Shown: positions 37,598-48,023 of the stretch, piece after piece
How the letters are laid out: the number at the start of each line of letters is the position of its first letter
Position numbering within the stretch: the first letter of the stretch is position 1
From: Marsupella aquatica
Taxonomy: Eukaryota; Plantae; Marchantiophyta
Direction: 5' to 3'
DNA length: 64,000 nt
NCBI GenBank assembly: GCA_973895155.1
Contig: OZ316894.1
Location: forward strand, 14,213,680 to 14,277,679
The notes under the pieces: model-generated
What the model was told of the DNA's origin: nothing
The model's input: only the letters and a program-made list of their open reading frames with translations
Databases searched by the model: none
Made by a program: the position numbers and the translations under genes

Positions 37598-38173
37598 GGG
37601 GTCTGCTTTTTGGGGGGCTGCTGTGGGAAGGGCATGGGTGCTCTCTTGATCGGTGTTATTTCCCTTCTTTGAGGGGGGGCTCTCCCTGGGGCTTTGATGC
37701 TCTCTTTTGTGCTTTTGGGCTCTCTTTGTGGCTCGCTAGTGTGCTGTTGCTGTCCCTGTATTAAGGGCTGTTGTTCCCCCTATCCGTGGGGTCTTTCACG
37801 GTATTAAAATTTATAAAAAAAACCATTCCAAGGAAGTTACAAGGCTATTTAATTTGCGAGAATTCCCTTAAAGTGTACCAACATTTTCTATTCTCATTGA
37901 ATGTCTGCCCATTTACAACATCTGTATGTGGCATCACAAAACAATTGCACTTGTCACCTTCAATATTGTCAAGGCACATATTCAAACTATGAGGTGCATG
38001 CTTGCAGGTGTCTAGTACGTTTGTCCCAATATTTCTCCCGTTTGGAATCGGAGCAGAGACTCACCAGACGACTGGACTGGACCAAGTTATAAACGCAGCA
38101 TTTTAAGGGCCCTCCGATTATCAGGTGAACGCATTATCTTCCGGTCTGTAGTGATTAGGTGGCACGTGTGTAC

Positions 38174-39022
38174 ATGGCCTCTAGGAAACGTACAAAGGTT
38201 GACCACCCGCCTCTGTTGGCTGGAATCAAAGCCATTTTGATTCCTGGCCACTATGGGTTCACCCAAGTGAGTTGGCCAATCGTACAAAAACAATTCTCAG
38301 AGTTCCATGGGACTGAAGTCAAGGACATCACTCCACAGACTACACATGTTGTTGCGGGGACATGGCTGGATGTGATGAACAACTGGTCATGGTCCTTCAT
38401 TGATTCTGCCATTACCAACCAAGGTCTAAAAGTAGTTGAAGTCTCTTGGCTGACCGATTCTGTTAAACATAGGTGTGTACAGAGTACTGAGCAATATGAG
38501 TTGTGGGAGAGTGAGGAGGCCACTGCAGAGGCTTTGGCTGAAAAGGAAGCCTATGAAGCAGCGGCAGAGAAACCCAACTTTGCTTTTGTCCAATATGGAC
38601 CTGTTGTCAACATAGGACACCATCCTATGCGTGCAGATGCTATATTGAATGAGCATGGCAAGGAGAGAAATACCATTATGAAGGGGTTCAGTGTGGTATT
38701 TGCAGAAGAAGGAATTGGGGAGACTAAGTGCAGATTGTACAAGTCTATAGTTGTTGAGCTAGGTGGGACAGTGGAGAAGAGTCTAACAGAAACCTCCACT
38801 CATGTTGTAGGTCTGTCATACATGAAAATATGCAGAAAATTCTTTAAGACAATAGTGCGTGATTTTGTCATGAACAACAATCTTTGGGTGCTTTCCCCTG
38901 ATTGGCTTCTGGAATCAGCAGCTAGAGGGAAGCGACAGAATGCTTGGGACTTTGATATTTTTGAGGCCTGGCCCTCCAAGATTCAGCGGAGATGTATGCT
39001 TAGCAAAGGTGGGAGAGAGTGA
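38174..39022 (+). CDS. CACTA cargo: tandem BRCT-domain protein (BRCT resembling that of plant DNA polymerase lambda), ~282 aa
   Basis: NLS-like MASRKRTK. Two repeats carry BRCT hallmarks: LLAGIKAILI...TTHVVA...VVEVSWLTDSVKHRCVQSTEQYEL, and IMKGFSVVFAEEGIG...VELGGTVEKSLTETSTHVVG...VLSPDWLLESAARGKRQNAWDFDI. They are joined by an E/A-rich linker. Confidence 0.82.
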   Translation: MASRKRTKVDHPPLLAGIKAILIPGHYGFTQVSWPIVQKQFSEFHGTEVKDITPQTTHVVAGTWLDVMNNWSWSFIDSAITNQGLKVVEVSWLTDSVKHRCVQSTEQYELWESEEATAEALAEKEAYEAAAEKPNFAFVQYGPVVNIGHHPMRADAILNEHGKERNTIMKGFSVVFAEEGIGETKCRLYKSIVVELGGTVEKSLTETSTHVVGLSYMKICRKFFKTIVRDFVMNNNLWVLSPDWLLESAARGKRQNAWDFDIFEAWPSKIQRRCMLSKGGRE

Positions 39023-39198
39023 GGAGTAGGAGTCCCTCATATTTTTGTATAAATCACAATTTTGTAATAAATGTGATCCTTGAACTAACTCATCTTGTCA
39101 TGGTTGGTCGCAGTTGAAGTGATTGTTGTTTCCTGCTGCGTGGGGTGTGACTGTGAATCTACTTGCTGGGCTCTGTTTGGCTGAAGACTTTGGTGGGT

Positions 39199-39732
39199 AT
39201 GCTGCCTCTTCCAGACCGTCAGGCCCTATGTAGGGTCCTCCTACGGGTTGCATCGTGCATGGCTACTGCTTGGGCTTACTTGTATGGATTGGTAACCAGA
39301 CAGAGTGTAGCTCCATCTGAGATAATGCCTGCAGACCTTGGATGTGTTGTGAATGTTGTGGTGAATGAGGATGCACAGTCGGAAGAGGACATTTACTTTT
39401 CAGCAGATGAGTTAGACAAGCACGATGCTGTAGGTTGTTCCTTGTTGCCTGATTTGGCAGATGATATAGTTCTTACACATGTCTGGCCGAGGGTTCTTGT
39501 GGTGTCTGGCGCACAAGATATCTGCAAATATAGACTAATTAGTACCCAGTGGAGGGACTTGGTAGCAACATGTGCACCATGGAGGGCACTGCTGCCACTG
39601 CTTGTAGGCACGGATCGAAGACCACCATGGCATGAGCAGGGTTTAGACCTTGATGACTTAATGTACATGCCTGAGTACCTCAGGGCTGAGTGGCATCGAC
39701 AACAGGATTGGTATCCATATTTGATGTGGTAG
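39199..39732 (+). CDS. CACTA cargo: small F-box-like protein
   Basis: SLLPDLADDIVLTHVWPRV...ICKYRLISTQWRDLV matches the F-box pattern LP.LP.D/E.....L.RL......R.VS..W..L. It has a hydrophobic N-terminal segment and an acidic linker, and no recognisable substrate-binding repeats. Confidence 0.65.
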   Translation: MLPLPDRQALCRVLLRVASCMATAWAYLYGLVTRQSVAPSEIMPADLGCVVNVVVNEDAQSEEDIYFSADELDKHDAVGCSLLPDLADDIVLTHVWPRVLVVSGAQDICKYRLISTQWRDLVATCAPWRALLPLLVGTDRRPPWHEQGLDLDDLMYMPEYLRAEWHRQQDWYPYLMW

Positions 39733-40058
39733 TAAGATGAGGACATCTCACACCGGTCTCGCACCTGGCACCTGTGTCTATGACTATACATGATTGGACT
39801 CTGATATGGTCATGGATGTACGTGCAGAGGCAGTACATGTGAGGACAGCGGAGGAGTTGACACCCTCAAACATTTAGGAATTTTGTCTCATTCACTTGAG
39901 AATAGGTACATGACTCAGGCACCTATATTTTTTGTTTTTTTGTTTTTTTGGAACGTTACGTATTTTGGCAAGTACAGTCGGGGGTGAAATCCTTAACAGG
40001 AAGTGTATTTTTCACTTGCATAATAAAATGACAGGGTGCTGAGTGCGTGTGTATAGTG

Positions 40059-43000
40059 ATGGCTCCAAGGTTGCCTCTTCACAACCCATTTAGGATTAGG
40101 CATCATGATTCTAAATTGTGGATGCATGAACAAGCCCGGGCCGCCCAAGGTAGGAGTAGGAGGATGAGATGCCCATGCACACAGTGCCAAGGACTCAAGT
40201 CGTTGAGTTTGAACACTGTGCACCTTCACCTGCTGCGGCATGAAAGGCACCCTCGGTGGAGGGTTTGGAATGTACCAGCAGAAGAAGACTCCTCTGATGA
40301 AGAGTGGAGAGCTGACTTTGTGGATTCTAATACAGCTAGGCGTAGAGACTACGTAGAGCAGGACATAGACTGTGCAAAGGATGGTCCTGGGGTCCAACAT
40401 GAGAACATGGATGACCAAGATGGAGATGGAGAGGCAGTCACTGAGGACGATGGGATGGATGTCCCAAGAATGGTTCAAGAGATTTTTGAAGACCTTGATG
40501 CTTTTTACGACACAGTGGAATCAGAAGAGGACAATGAACCGCAGCCACACATTGGCGACGGCCAAGCTGAACCTGACTTTGACATTGGGGAAGGTGCAGC
40601 AGAGAGGGAGTGGGTGTTTGGGGGCCCAAAACACATCAAAGAAGCTTGCATTCCTATCTACGAGGGGTCGAACTGCTCCAAGCTGGGTTTTGTCGTGTTG
40701 TTGTTGAACATCTGTGGCAATCACAATGTTCCCAATATATTTGTGACAGAGTTGTTGACCTTCCTGCGCCGAAATGTGTTACCAGATGGTAATTCAATTC
40801 CAAAAAATATGTACGAGGCTAGGAAATTGATGTCTAACCTTGGGCTGAACTATGTGTCTATTGACGCATGCCCTGATGGGTGTGTTCTCTTTCGCAAAGA
40901 GCATGCAGATAAATTGACATGCCCTCATTGTGGTAAGCACAGGTACAAGAATGTAGGGAAATGTACACACCCTGCCAAGGTTCTTCGTCATTTTCCTCTC
41001 ATTCCTAGACTACAACGTCTGTTTAGATGCCCTGCCATTTCCAAGCTGATGACATGGACTCCTGATAACAAGAGCAGTGATGGCCTGCAGCGTCACATTG
41101 GAGATTCCAACCATTGGAAATTTGTTGATGAGAGGTGGCCACAGTTTGCTGCAGAGAAGCGGAACTTTAGATTTGGTCTATCACTGGATGGAGTAAACCC
41201 ATTTGGAGACAAAAACAACCGTTATTCATGTTGGCCGGTTACGCTGCTAAATTACAACCTTCCCCCATGGATGACTACAAAGAGGTTTTTTGTCATGATG
41301 GTGCTGTTAATCCCTGGACCAGCTTCTGTGACCGAGCAATTCATAGATATCATGTTGGCTCCAGCAGTGGAAGAGTGGAAGACTTTGTGGATAGAAGGGG
41401 TGTTAACCCATGATGTTCTGAAGGGGCTTCTTCGACCCAGCCCCTTTAGATTGCATGCAATTTGTTTGCTGGATATAGCAGATTACCCAGGCCATGGCAT
41501 CATATCTGGACGAGTGACAAAGGGCTATGTGGGGTGCACACCATGTGGGAAAAATGTGACAAGTGAGTGGTCGCATGCCCTGCACAGTATGAAATTTCAG
41601 GGGCATAGAAGGTATCTGCCTGTTGATCATCCTTATAGGCACACACGGTCTCAAATTGCACACTTCAACAACAAAACAGAGCTTCGTGGCCCACCACAGA
41701 GGGTCACCAGAGAGCAAGTCCTGAGGTGGGCAGCCAGGAAGGCTGATTGGGACAAGAGAAGTGCCACTGATCGAGAACCTGAGGATCCAGTGGTGAAACA
41801 CGGTGTGAAAAGACAGACCTTGATGGACTTGGAGTTGGAGTACTGGAGGGTAATGTACTTAGCCTCCAGCCCCTGTATGATTGCAATTTTAGATTGGAGC
41901 AATGGTGGATTGATGTTGGTTACAATCCTCCTATGTGGTTAATTAGTGTTTCTGTTGTTGAATTCTTTGCTTTGTGGAGTGCAGGAATTCGAGCCCAGCA
42001 AACACAATGTGGACGTCATGCACATTGAGAAAAATATTTGTGAGAGCTTGCTGAAGTTCTTGTCGGGTGAGAAAGATACAGGAGCAGTTCGAGCTGATAT
42101 GCAACAGAAGGGGATTCGCCCTCACCTTTGGTTGAAGCCCCATGCAAGCAATCCCAATGTACTTCTCAAGTTCCAAGCTCCCTATGTGTGCACACAGGAT
42201 GAATGGAAGACATTCTTGTATAGATTGAGCTGTCTGAAAGTGCCCTCTGGCTATGCTGGTGCCTTCAAGAAGCATATTACAAAGAATAAACTTGGCAGTA
42301 TGAAAACACATGACTACCATGTGTTGATGCAGCACATTCTGCCCCTATGCCTCAGAGGTCTCATGCAGAAACCAGTCCGTAATGTCATTCTTCGACTGTG
42401 CAATGTATTTTGCCGTATATGTGTGAAAGTGTGGGATCCCCAAGGATTGGAGCAGTTGAAGCAGGATGCTGCTTATGTCCTCTATGACTTGGAGATATAC
42501 TTCCCCCTTGCTTTCTTTGATGTTATGACTCATCTCCTAATCCATGTGGTAGAAGAGCTAGGGCAGTATGGGCCAGTCAGTACCAGATGGATGTACCCTA
42601 TGGAGCGATACATGAAGTTGTTGAAAGGTCATGTGAGAACATACTACAGGCCAGAGGCTTCCATGGCATTGGGGTACATTAAGGATGAGACGTTGGGATT
42701 CCTAACAGAGTACATGGCTGGGTCTGGTGAAGCTATGACAAGAGTTTGGAAATCTGGTGAAGATGGAGTGAGTGGCGAGGTTGTTGAAGGTGTGGGACGT
42801 GCTGTTCAGCTGCCTGTTGTGATTCGAGACAAGGCTCATTCATATGTGCTGGCAAACACAGAGCCTATGCAACCATGGTGGAGGTGAGTGATTGAATTGA
42901 CTTGCCTTTGTTGTGATGCTTCTTGTCTGTTCCAAGGGTGATCTTAGGTTGTCATGTGTTGTTTAGACCTAACTATGCCTGTACCTCATATTGCAGGGAA

Positions 43001-43756
43001 TATGATATGCAAAAAGCTGCACACTCTGGGCAGCAGGATCCCTTCCCACAGTTCGAGCAGTGGATTCGGGTGACAATTCGAGAGCATAGTAGACATCACC
43101 CAGATATGGAGAAGGATTTGTATCTTCTATCTGTGCCACCACGATTGTCTATTCTGACCTACAAACGGATGAGAGCTTATGGAAGTCATTATCGAGTGAG
43201 GGATGAGCAGGGTGACCATTGTGTATCATATGATTGTGGTTTGATTTCTATGTTTGAGCAGAGAACCTCTGAAGAACAGAGGGGGTGGATGAAGATGGGT
43301 TACGTGGGGGAGTTGACCGACATTTGGGTGTTGAATTATGGTAACACAAGTGTCCCAGTGATATTGATGAAGGGATCATGGGTGAAATCAGAGTGGCAAA
43401 GACCAAGGGCCACCATGAAGCGTGATCATGATGGGTTCTTGTTGGCCAATTTTAGGTCCAGAGTACCAAAATGGTCTGAGCCTTTTGTTTTCCCTAGCCA
43501 AGTTGAACAGGCTTTCTTTGCAGATGTGGAGGAGTCACATGGCTGGAGGGTGGTATGCCATAGCCAAGCACGGAACAGGCGGATGGATGGAAGTAAAGTA
43601 GAGTTCAGTTTGGATGACCATGCTGCATTCGAGCATCCTAGTCATGAGACTGTACTTCCAACTCGGGCAGGGACTGACTACATCCCCTTAACATTGAGAG
43701 AGACATATGATGAACCTGGGCAAATGGAATATGATGAGGTTGATGATTTGCAATAG
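40059..43756 (+). CDS. CACTA transposase TnpD/Tnp2 (transposase-associated Zn domain, Transposase_21, DUF4218, DUF4216); 3 exons, ~1149 aa, no stops
   Basis: Exons 40059-41849, 41985-42883, 42997-43756, with GT-AG introns in phase. Motifs CPCTQC...HLHL, IDACPDGCVLF, LRHFPLIPRLQRLF, GLSLDGVNPF, YNLPPW, DYPG, HNVDVMHIEKN, MKTHDYH, FFDVMTHLLIH, RWMYPMER, EPFVFPSQVEQAFF. Confidence 0.93.
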
Positions 43757-43933
43757 GCAACAGCTGGCGATTGGCAAGTATGAGGTTGAGGATGACTACC
43801 TGCACAGAGTCACATAACGGAAATTGCTACCTGGAATGATGTTTAGGATAGTTGGATATGCATGAAATTGATTGATACTTTGAATTTAGTGTGCTGATTC
43901 TCCCTGTTTGGTTGTGGGTGCTGTGCAGAAGCT

Positions 43934-46900
43934 ATGGGGGAAGAGGGTGATGACATGGAGACAGACATGGGGCTTGGAGAGTGGGGTGAAGAGGAAAGAT
44001 TGGATATGGATGGAGACCCAGATGCAGGGGGCTCACAGAAAAATGCACCTGTGCAAGATGCACAGGGCCCTCATCAAGTCCCAGGTAGGTGGGCAGCTAG
44101 AGAGAAATCACATAATCCATACCCTAGAAGGAGCCAGAGTTATTGGCAAGGGACGCCTGATAATTATGATGATGACTATGATGGAGCAGAAGATGGATGG
44201 GATGAATATGAACACCCAGAGCGTGGTAGAGACGGGTACAGAGGGCAATGGAAAGGTGAGGAGGATGATTGGACAAGTAAGTGCCTTGTGCTAGTGATTT
44301 TGTGATGGTAGTAGAGATTTAGCTCAATATGCACTTATCTGATGTGTAGCTAGGGCAAAGAGTTTATCTTACAGGTCCATGAGTGTGGCATGTACCTGTT
44401 GGTATGCAGACTCTGATTGGGACAATCACGAAAACAACAAAGGCCATCCACGTTCAGATAGGAGGCAATCATTCACAGGCGGGAGAAACGCCCCTAATTC
44501 ATCAAGACAAAGCAATAGGACAGGTGGTCCAGAACCATCTATGCGCCAAGGGAGAGGTAACTTGGTCATTGCAGAATTGCTCTGAAGTCCACTGTATATT
44601 TGGCAGCGGGATTTATGATTCATACTTACCTAATGTAAGTGACTGTAAATGGATCCTGTAAATGTGCAAGGACTCCAGGGAGGTTTGGACAATGCAATCC
44701 AGGCCGTGGGGGGAGATCAGGCCATGGAGGGACCCCAGGCCGTGGGGGGACACCAGGCCCTGGAGGGACACCTAGTAGCGCTTCAGGGAGTACCAAGGCA
44801 GGAGACAGTAACAAATTTGGTAAAGTAGAAGTGAATTCCGAAGGTTGGATAACTCCCACATGTGATGGTAAGAACCGTTGGCATTCTGACCTAAGAGGAG
44901 AAGTATTGCGTTGGTTAGATTTGAGCATTACAGAGTTTAGGAGTCAGAACAAAGCTGATTGGGCTACTATCTGCAAGGACATTCTTGAACGGTGGGAGTA
45001 TGTTGGTAATGATGGTAAGGGCCCAGTTGAAGATTGCATATCAGATTATGCAATGAGGATTTTGAAACAAGAGAGGCATAGGTTGAAAAGGATGTGGATA
45101 GACAATGGTTCTAACAGGAGAATGCCACCACCCCCATCATTGGAACTGGATCAATGGACACGGTTAATCAAAGGGTTCATGTCGGAGGCTGGACAGAGCA
45201 AGAGTGAACTGATGTCAAATGCTCGAGGCAAAGTGAAACACCTTTCACAGGCTGGGAGAGGAAGTTATGCTCCAATGAAAGAACAATTGGTAAGGCAGTG
45301 ACATGCCTGATAGTAAGCCTCAAACTTATCATCTTGCTACCATTATTACATTTTCATTGACAATCAACACTTGGTTTCATTCATATGTATGTTGATGTGG
45401 ACTGCAGAAGAAATTGACAGGTGAAGAACCATCAGCACAAGAAGTGAGAGAGGAGTTCATGAAACAAAGGAGTGAGGTGACAAGTGTAACTTCCAAACAG
45501 GTGATTATGTTGTAATTTTGTATGTTCTGTGACTATTTGGCCTTGAGCATCAGAAAGAAATGTAGTAGGAAGTAAGCAACCAGTTCTTGGGGACAGTTAT
45601 CTGAGATATGTAAGCTGTGTTATGACAGGGAACTGTTACAACTCTCACAGAGATGTGTGAACGGTTGAAGTCATTAGAGTGTGGACTCCCTCGAGTGGAA
45701 AGTAAATTGGCTGATCGTTTGGATATTGTGGAGGCATCTGTAGCGAACCTTCTTGCATCAGTGGAATCTAATTTCAAGCTTGTGATTGAAAAATTGGGTG
45801 GTTCCCAACCAAACAATGAGGGCAACATTGTACAAAGTGTGCCCTTGTTAACAAAAAAGGGAATTGGAAAATCTGACACAGGTATGGAAATGACACCGGC
45901 CCATTGTTCATTGTGTCCTATGTTCAAATGTCAGAAGTAAGTTTTCATGAATTGAGTGAATGGTTTGAATGCAGGAAGAGTGGAGGCAGAGAAGGACCCT
46001 GTAATCAGTAAGCAGAAGGGCAAGAAGGTTGCTGAGACAGGTAACCTGCTATGATCCAGTACATTACATTTGAAAAGTGCATGGAGTTTTGTGAAGCTTA
46101 AGCCGGTTGGAGGTAATCTTTTCTGTAAGAACTGGTTGGATGAACTGGGATCTGAAGTGACATCATGATTGATGTATCAGGTGATTCAAAGAGCAATAAT
46201 GAAGAAGATGTGCCCAGTGCCTCAGTGACCATAGCCAAGGAGGTATCAGGTAAGCTGATGCTTTAAATTCCTCTATATGAATGTTGAGCAACAATTCAGT
46301 GGTTAATAGATTCAACCTGAATATTGTGGTGTGTTTATTGATCAACAGAAGCAGACATGGAGCATATGGCAATGGCAAAGAAGGGGAAGAAGGCTGTTCA
46401 TAATGGTAAGGAGATAGTGACAACTTTGTGGTTGGTGACATGTACATTTAGCACATGTGATGAGTGATTGACTTATGTTGGACATGACACTGAATTGTAG
46501 TTGATGCAGAGTTGACAGACTCTCAACCAAGTGGGAGTAGGGTGAAGCGACGTCGAAACTTGGGAGCAACATTGGATGCAAGTAAGATTGTAGATGCTTC
46601 AATTGAAGCAAGTACAATGTTGGCAGATACTGAGATGATGTCGCAGGGAAATCCTACTACACAATCAGAAGTGTCAAATATGGATGCAGATTCTTTGAAG
46701 AAGAGTGTAGCCAATTCTCGATCACCAGCACAAAACACTCGTGCCAAAGTCATGACTCGCAACCAAGGTATGAATAATGTCATGTATAAGCCACCCAGGA
46801 AAGCCAAGAAAAACAGCCAGGGTAAGGTGGAGGTGATAGCCACAGCAGAGCCAGTCCATAATCTTCTATCATGGGAGGATGACTCGCAGGTATGTGTGGG

Positions 46901-47105
46901 TATAGGCATTTTGCGACCGGATCATGCAAAATTCCATGGCAAAGTGGTCCCGGATGACCATGTAGTAGTGTTGTTGACTACAGTGATTGTATCTGATTGT
47001 AATTTGCCATTTCCGAATAGAGACGATGATCCACCTCAGGAAATAATTGCAGATGCAGTAGGATCTCTTGTGCTCTGGCCATCAGAGTGTGTTAGTCTGC
47101 AGTGA
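43934..47105 (+). CDS. CACTA TnpA-like (ORF2) multi-exon gene
   Basis: Probable exons include 43934-44276, 44410-44556, 44671-45289, 45408-45500, 45630-~45881, several short exons, and ~46510-47105. It has an acidic N-terminus, GRGGTP repeats, a Transposase_24-like QWTRLIKGFMSEAGQSKSELMSNARGKVKHLSQAGRGSYA, and a C-terminal FHGKVVPDDHVVV...LPFP...IADAVGSLVLWP typical of En/Spm TnpA-like proteins. Internal exon limits are approximate. Confidence 0.78.
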
Positions 47106-47629
47106 CTGAATGCAAGTGTAGATAGCATCATGTGAATTGTGTCACATTTTGACATTGCCTTGGAAAGATCCAAGAAATATCTGTACCAATTTTTCCATTT
47201 GGTAAAGAGGATGAAGGAGACGTTGTGTGTGACATTGATATTTCTGAATTCTGTATGTATGAAACAAGTGATTGATGTCAAACTATGGCTCTATGGTGAT
47301 TGTCTATAATACTTGAATCTATTTTATCATTTCAGTATTAGTGTGTATGGTATAGAGGAATACTTTGTGACCTTCTTTGTAGTCTGTTTGAATCTGTGAA
47401 TTCATATTAGTGTACATGGTATAGAAGATGGCTTTCTGAAACTATGTATTCTAATGTTAACATGATGAATGGTGAACTTATAGAGTGAGTTCATTCCAAG
47501 TACACAATAAAACATGAATGCAATATATTATTTGTGCACAAGAGTGGGTTCATTCCAAGTAGTATAGTGGGGTCTTCATCACTCATATCCAGTTGACATG
47601 AAAGACTTATACATACCCCACAAAGTATA

Positions 47630-47900
47630 TTTAAAGACTACCCTCCATAACCTTTTTAGTCGTTCCCAACGACTCATCATCGCAGCCCATAAAAGACTGA
47701 AAACGACTCACCAAAGCTACCCACACAAAGACTAAAATAGACTGAAAATCCAGTCTATTAAACGACTTATAAACCAGTTCGATAAAGGACTCAGTTGATT
47801 ATAGTAACAAAACATACGACTCGCAGTCCTATAAAGGACTAGAGTCCTTCCCAGTCGTTTCCAAGTCCTATACGGTATTGAATAGTCGTTTAATGGGGTC
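47630..47900. repeat. Right subterminal repeats of the CACTA (AAAGACT/AACGACT motifs in both orientations)
   Basis: TTAAAGACTA, AGTCGTTCCCAACGACTC, AAAAGACTGAAAACGACTC, AAAGACTAAAATAGACTG, AGTCTATTAAACGACT. Similar GACT motifs lie at 23695-23815. Confidence 0.75.
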
Positions 47901-48023
47901 TAAATACCCCCCGGTTTCTACTAGTGTCTCTGGCTGGTCTCCAAGTGGACGCAATAGGCTCTAAAACCTTCATTTTGGGGGACCAGGGACCCTGCTAATG
48001 GACTGCACAAAATTAGCAGGAAA

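Larger units (their letters stand above)
30688..37833 (+). mobile_element. LINE-B: near full-length L1-like retrotransposon nested in the CACTA
   Basis: 12-bp TSD AAGTTACAAGGC at 30676-30687 and 37834-37845; ORF1 and ORF2 present; 3' end TTTATAAAAAAAACCATTCCAAGG. Confidence 0.93.
23660..47926 (+). mobile_element. CACTA (En/Spm) DNA transposon, 24.3 kb (~17.1 kb without the nested LINE), carrying cargo genes
   Basis: Perfect 18-bp TIRs CACTAGTAGAAACCGGGG (23660) and CCCCGGTTTCTACTAGTG (ends 47926), extending imperfectly to ATTTAGACC. 3-bp TSD TCT (23657-23659 and 47927-47929). Contains TnpD and TnpA-like genes and GACT-rich subterminal motifs. Confidence 0.96.
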
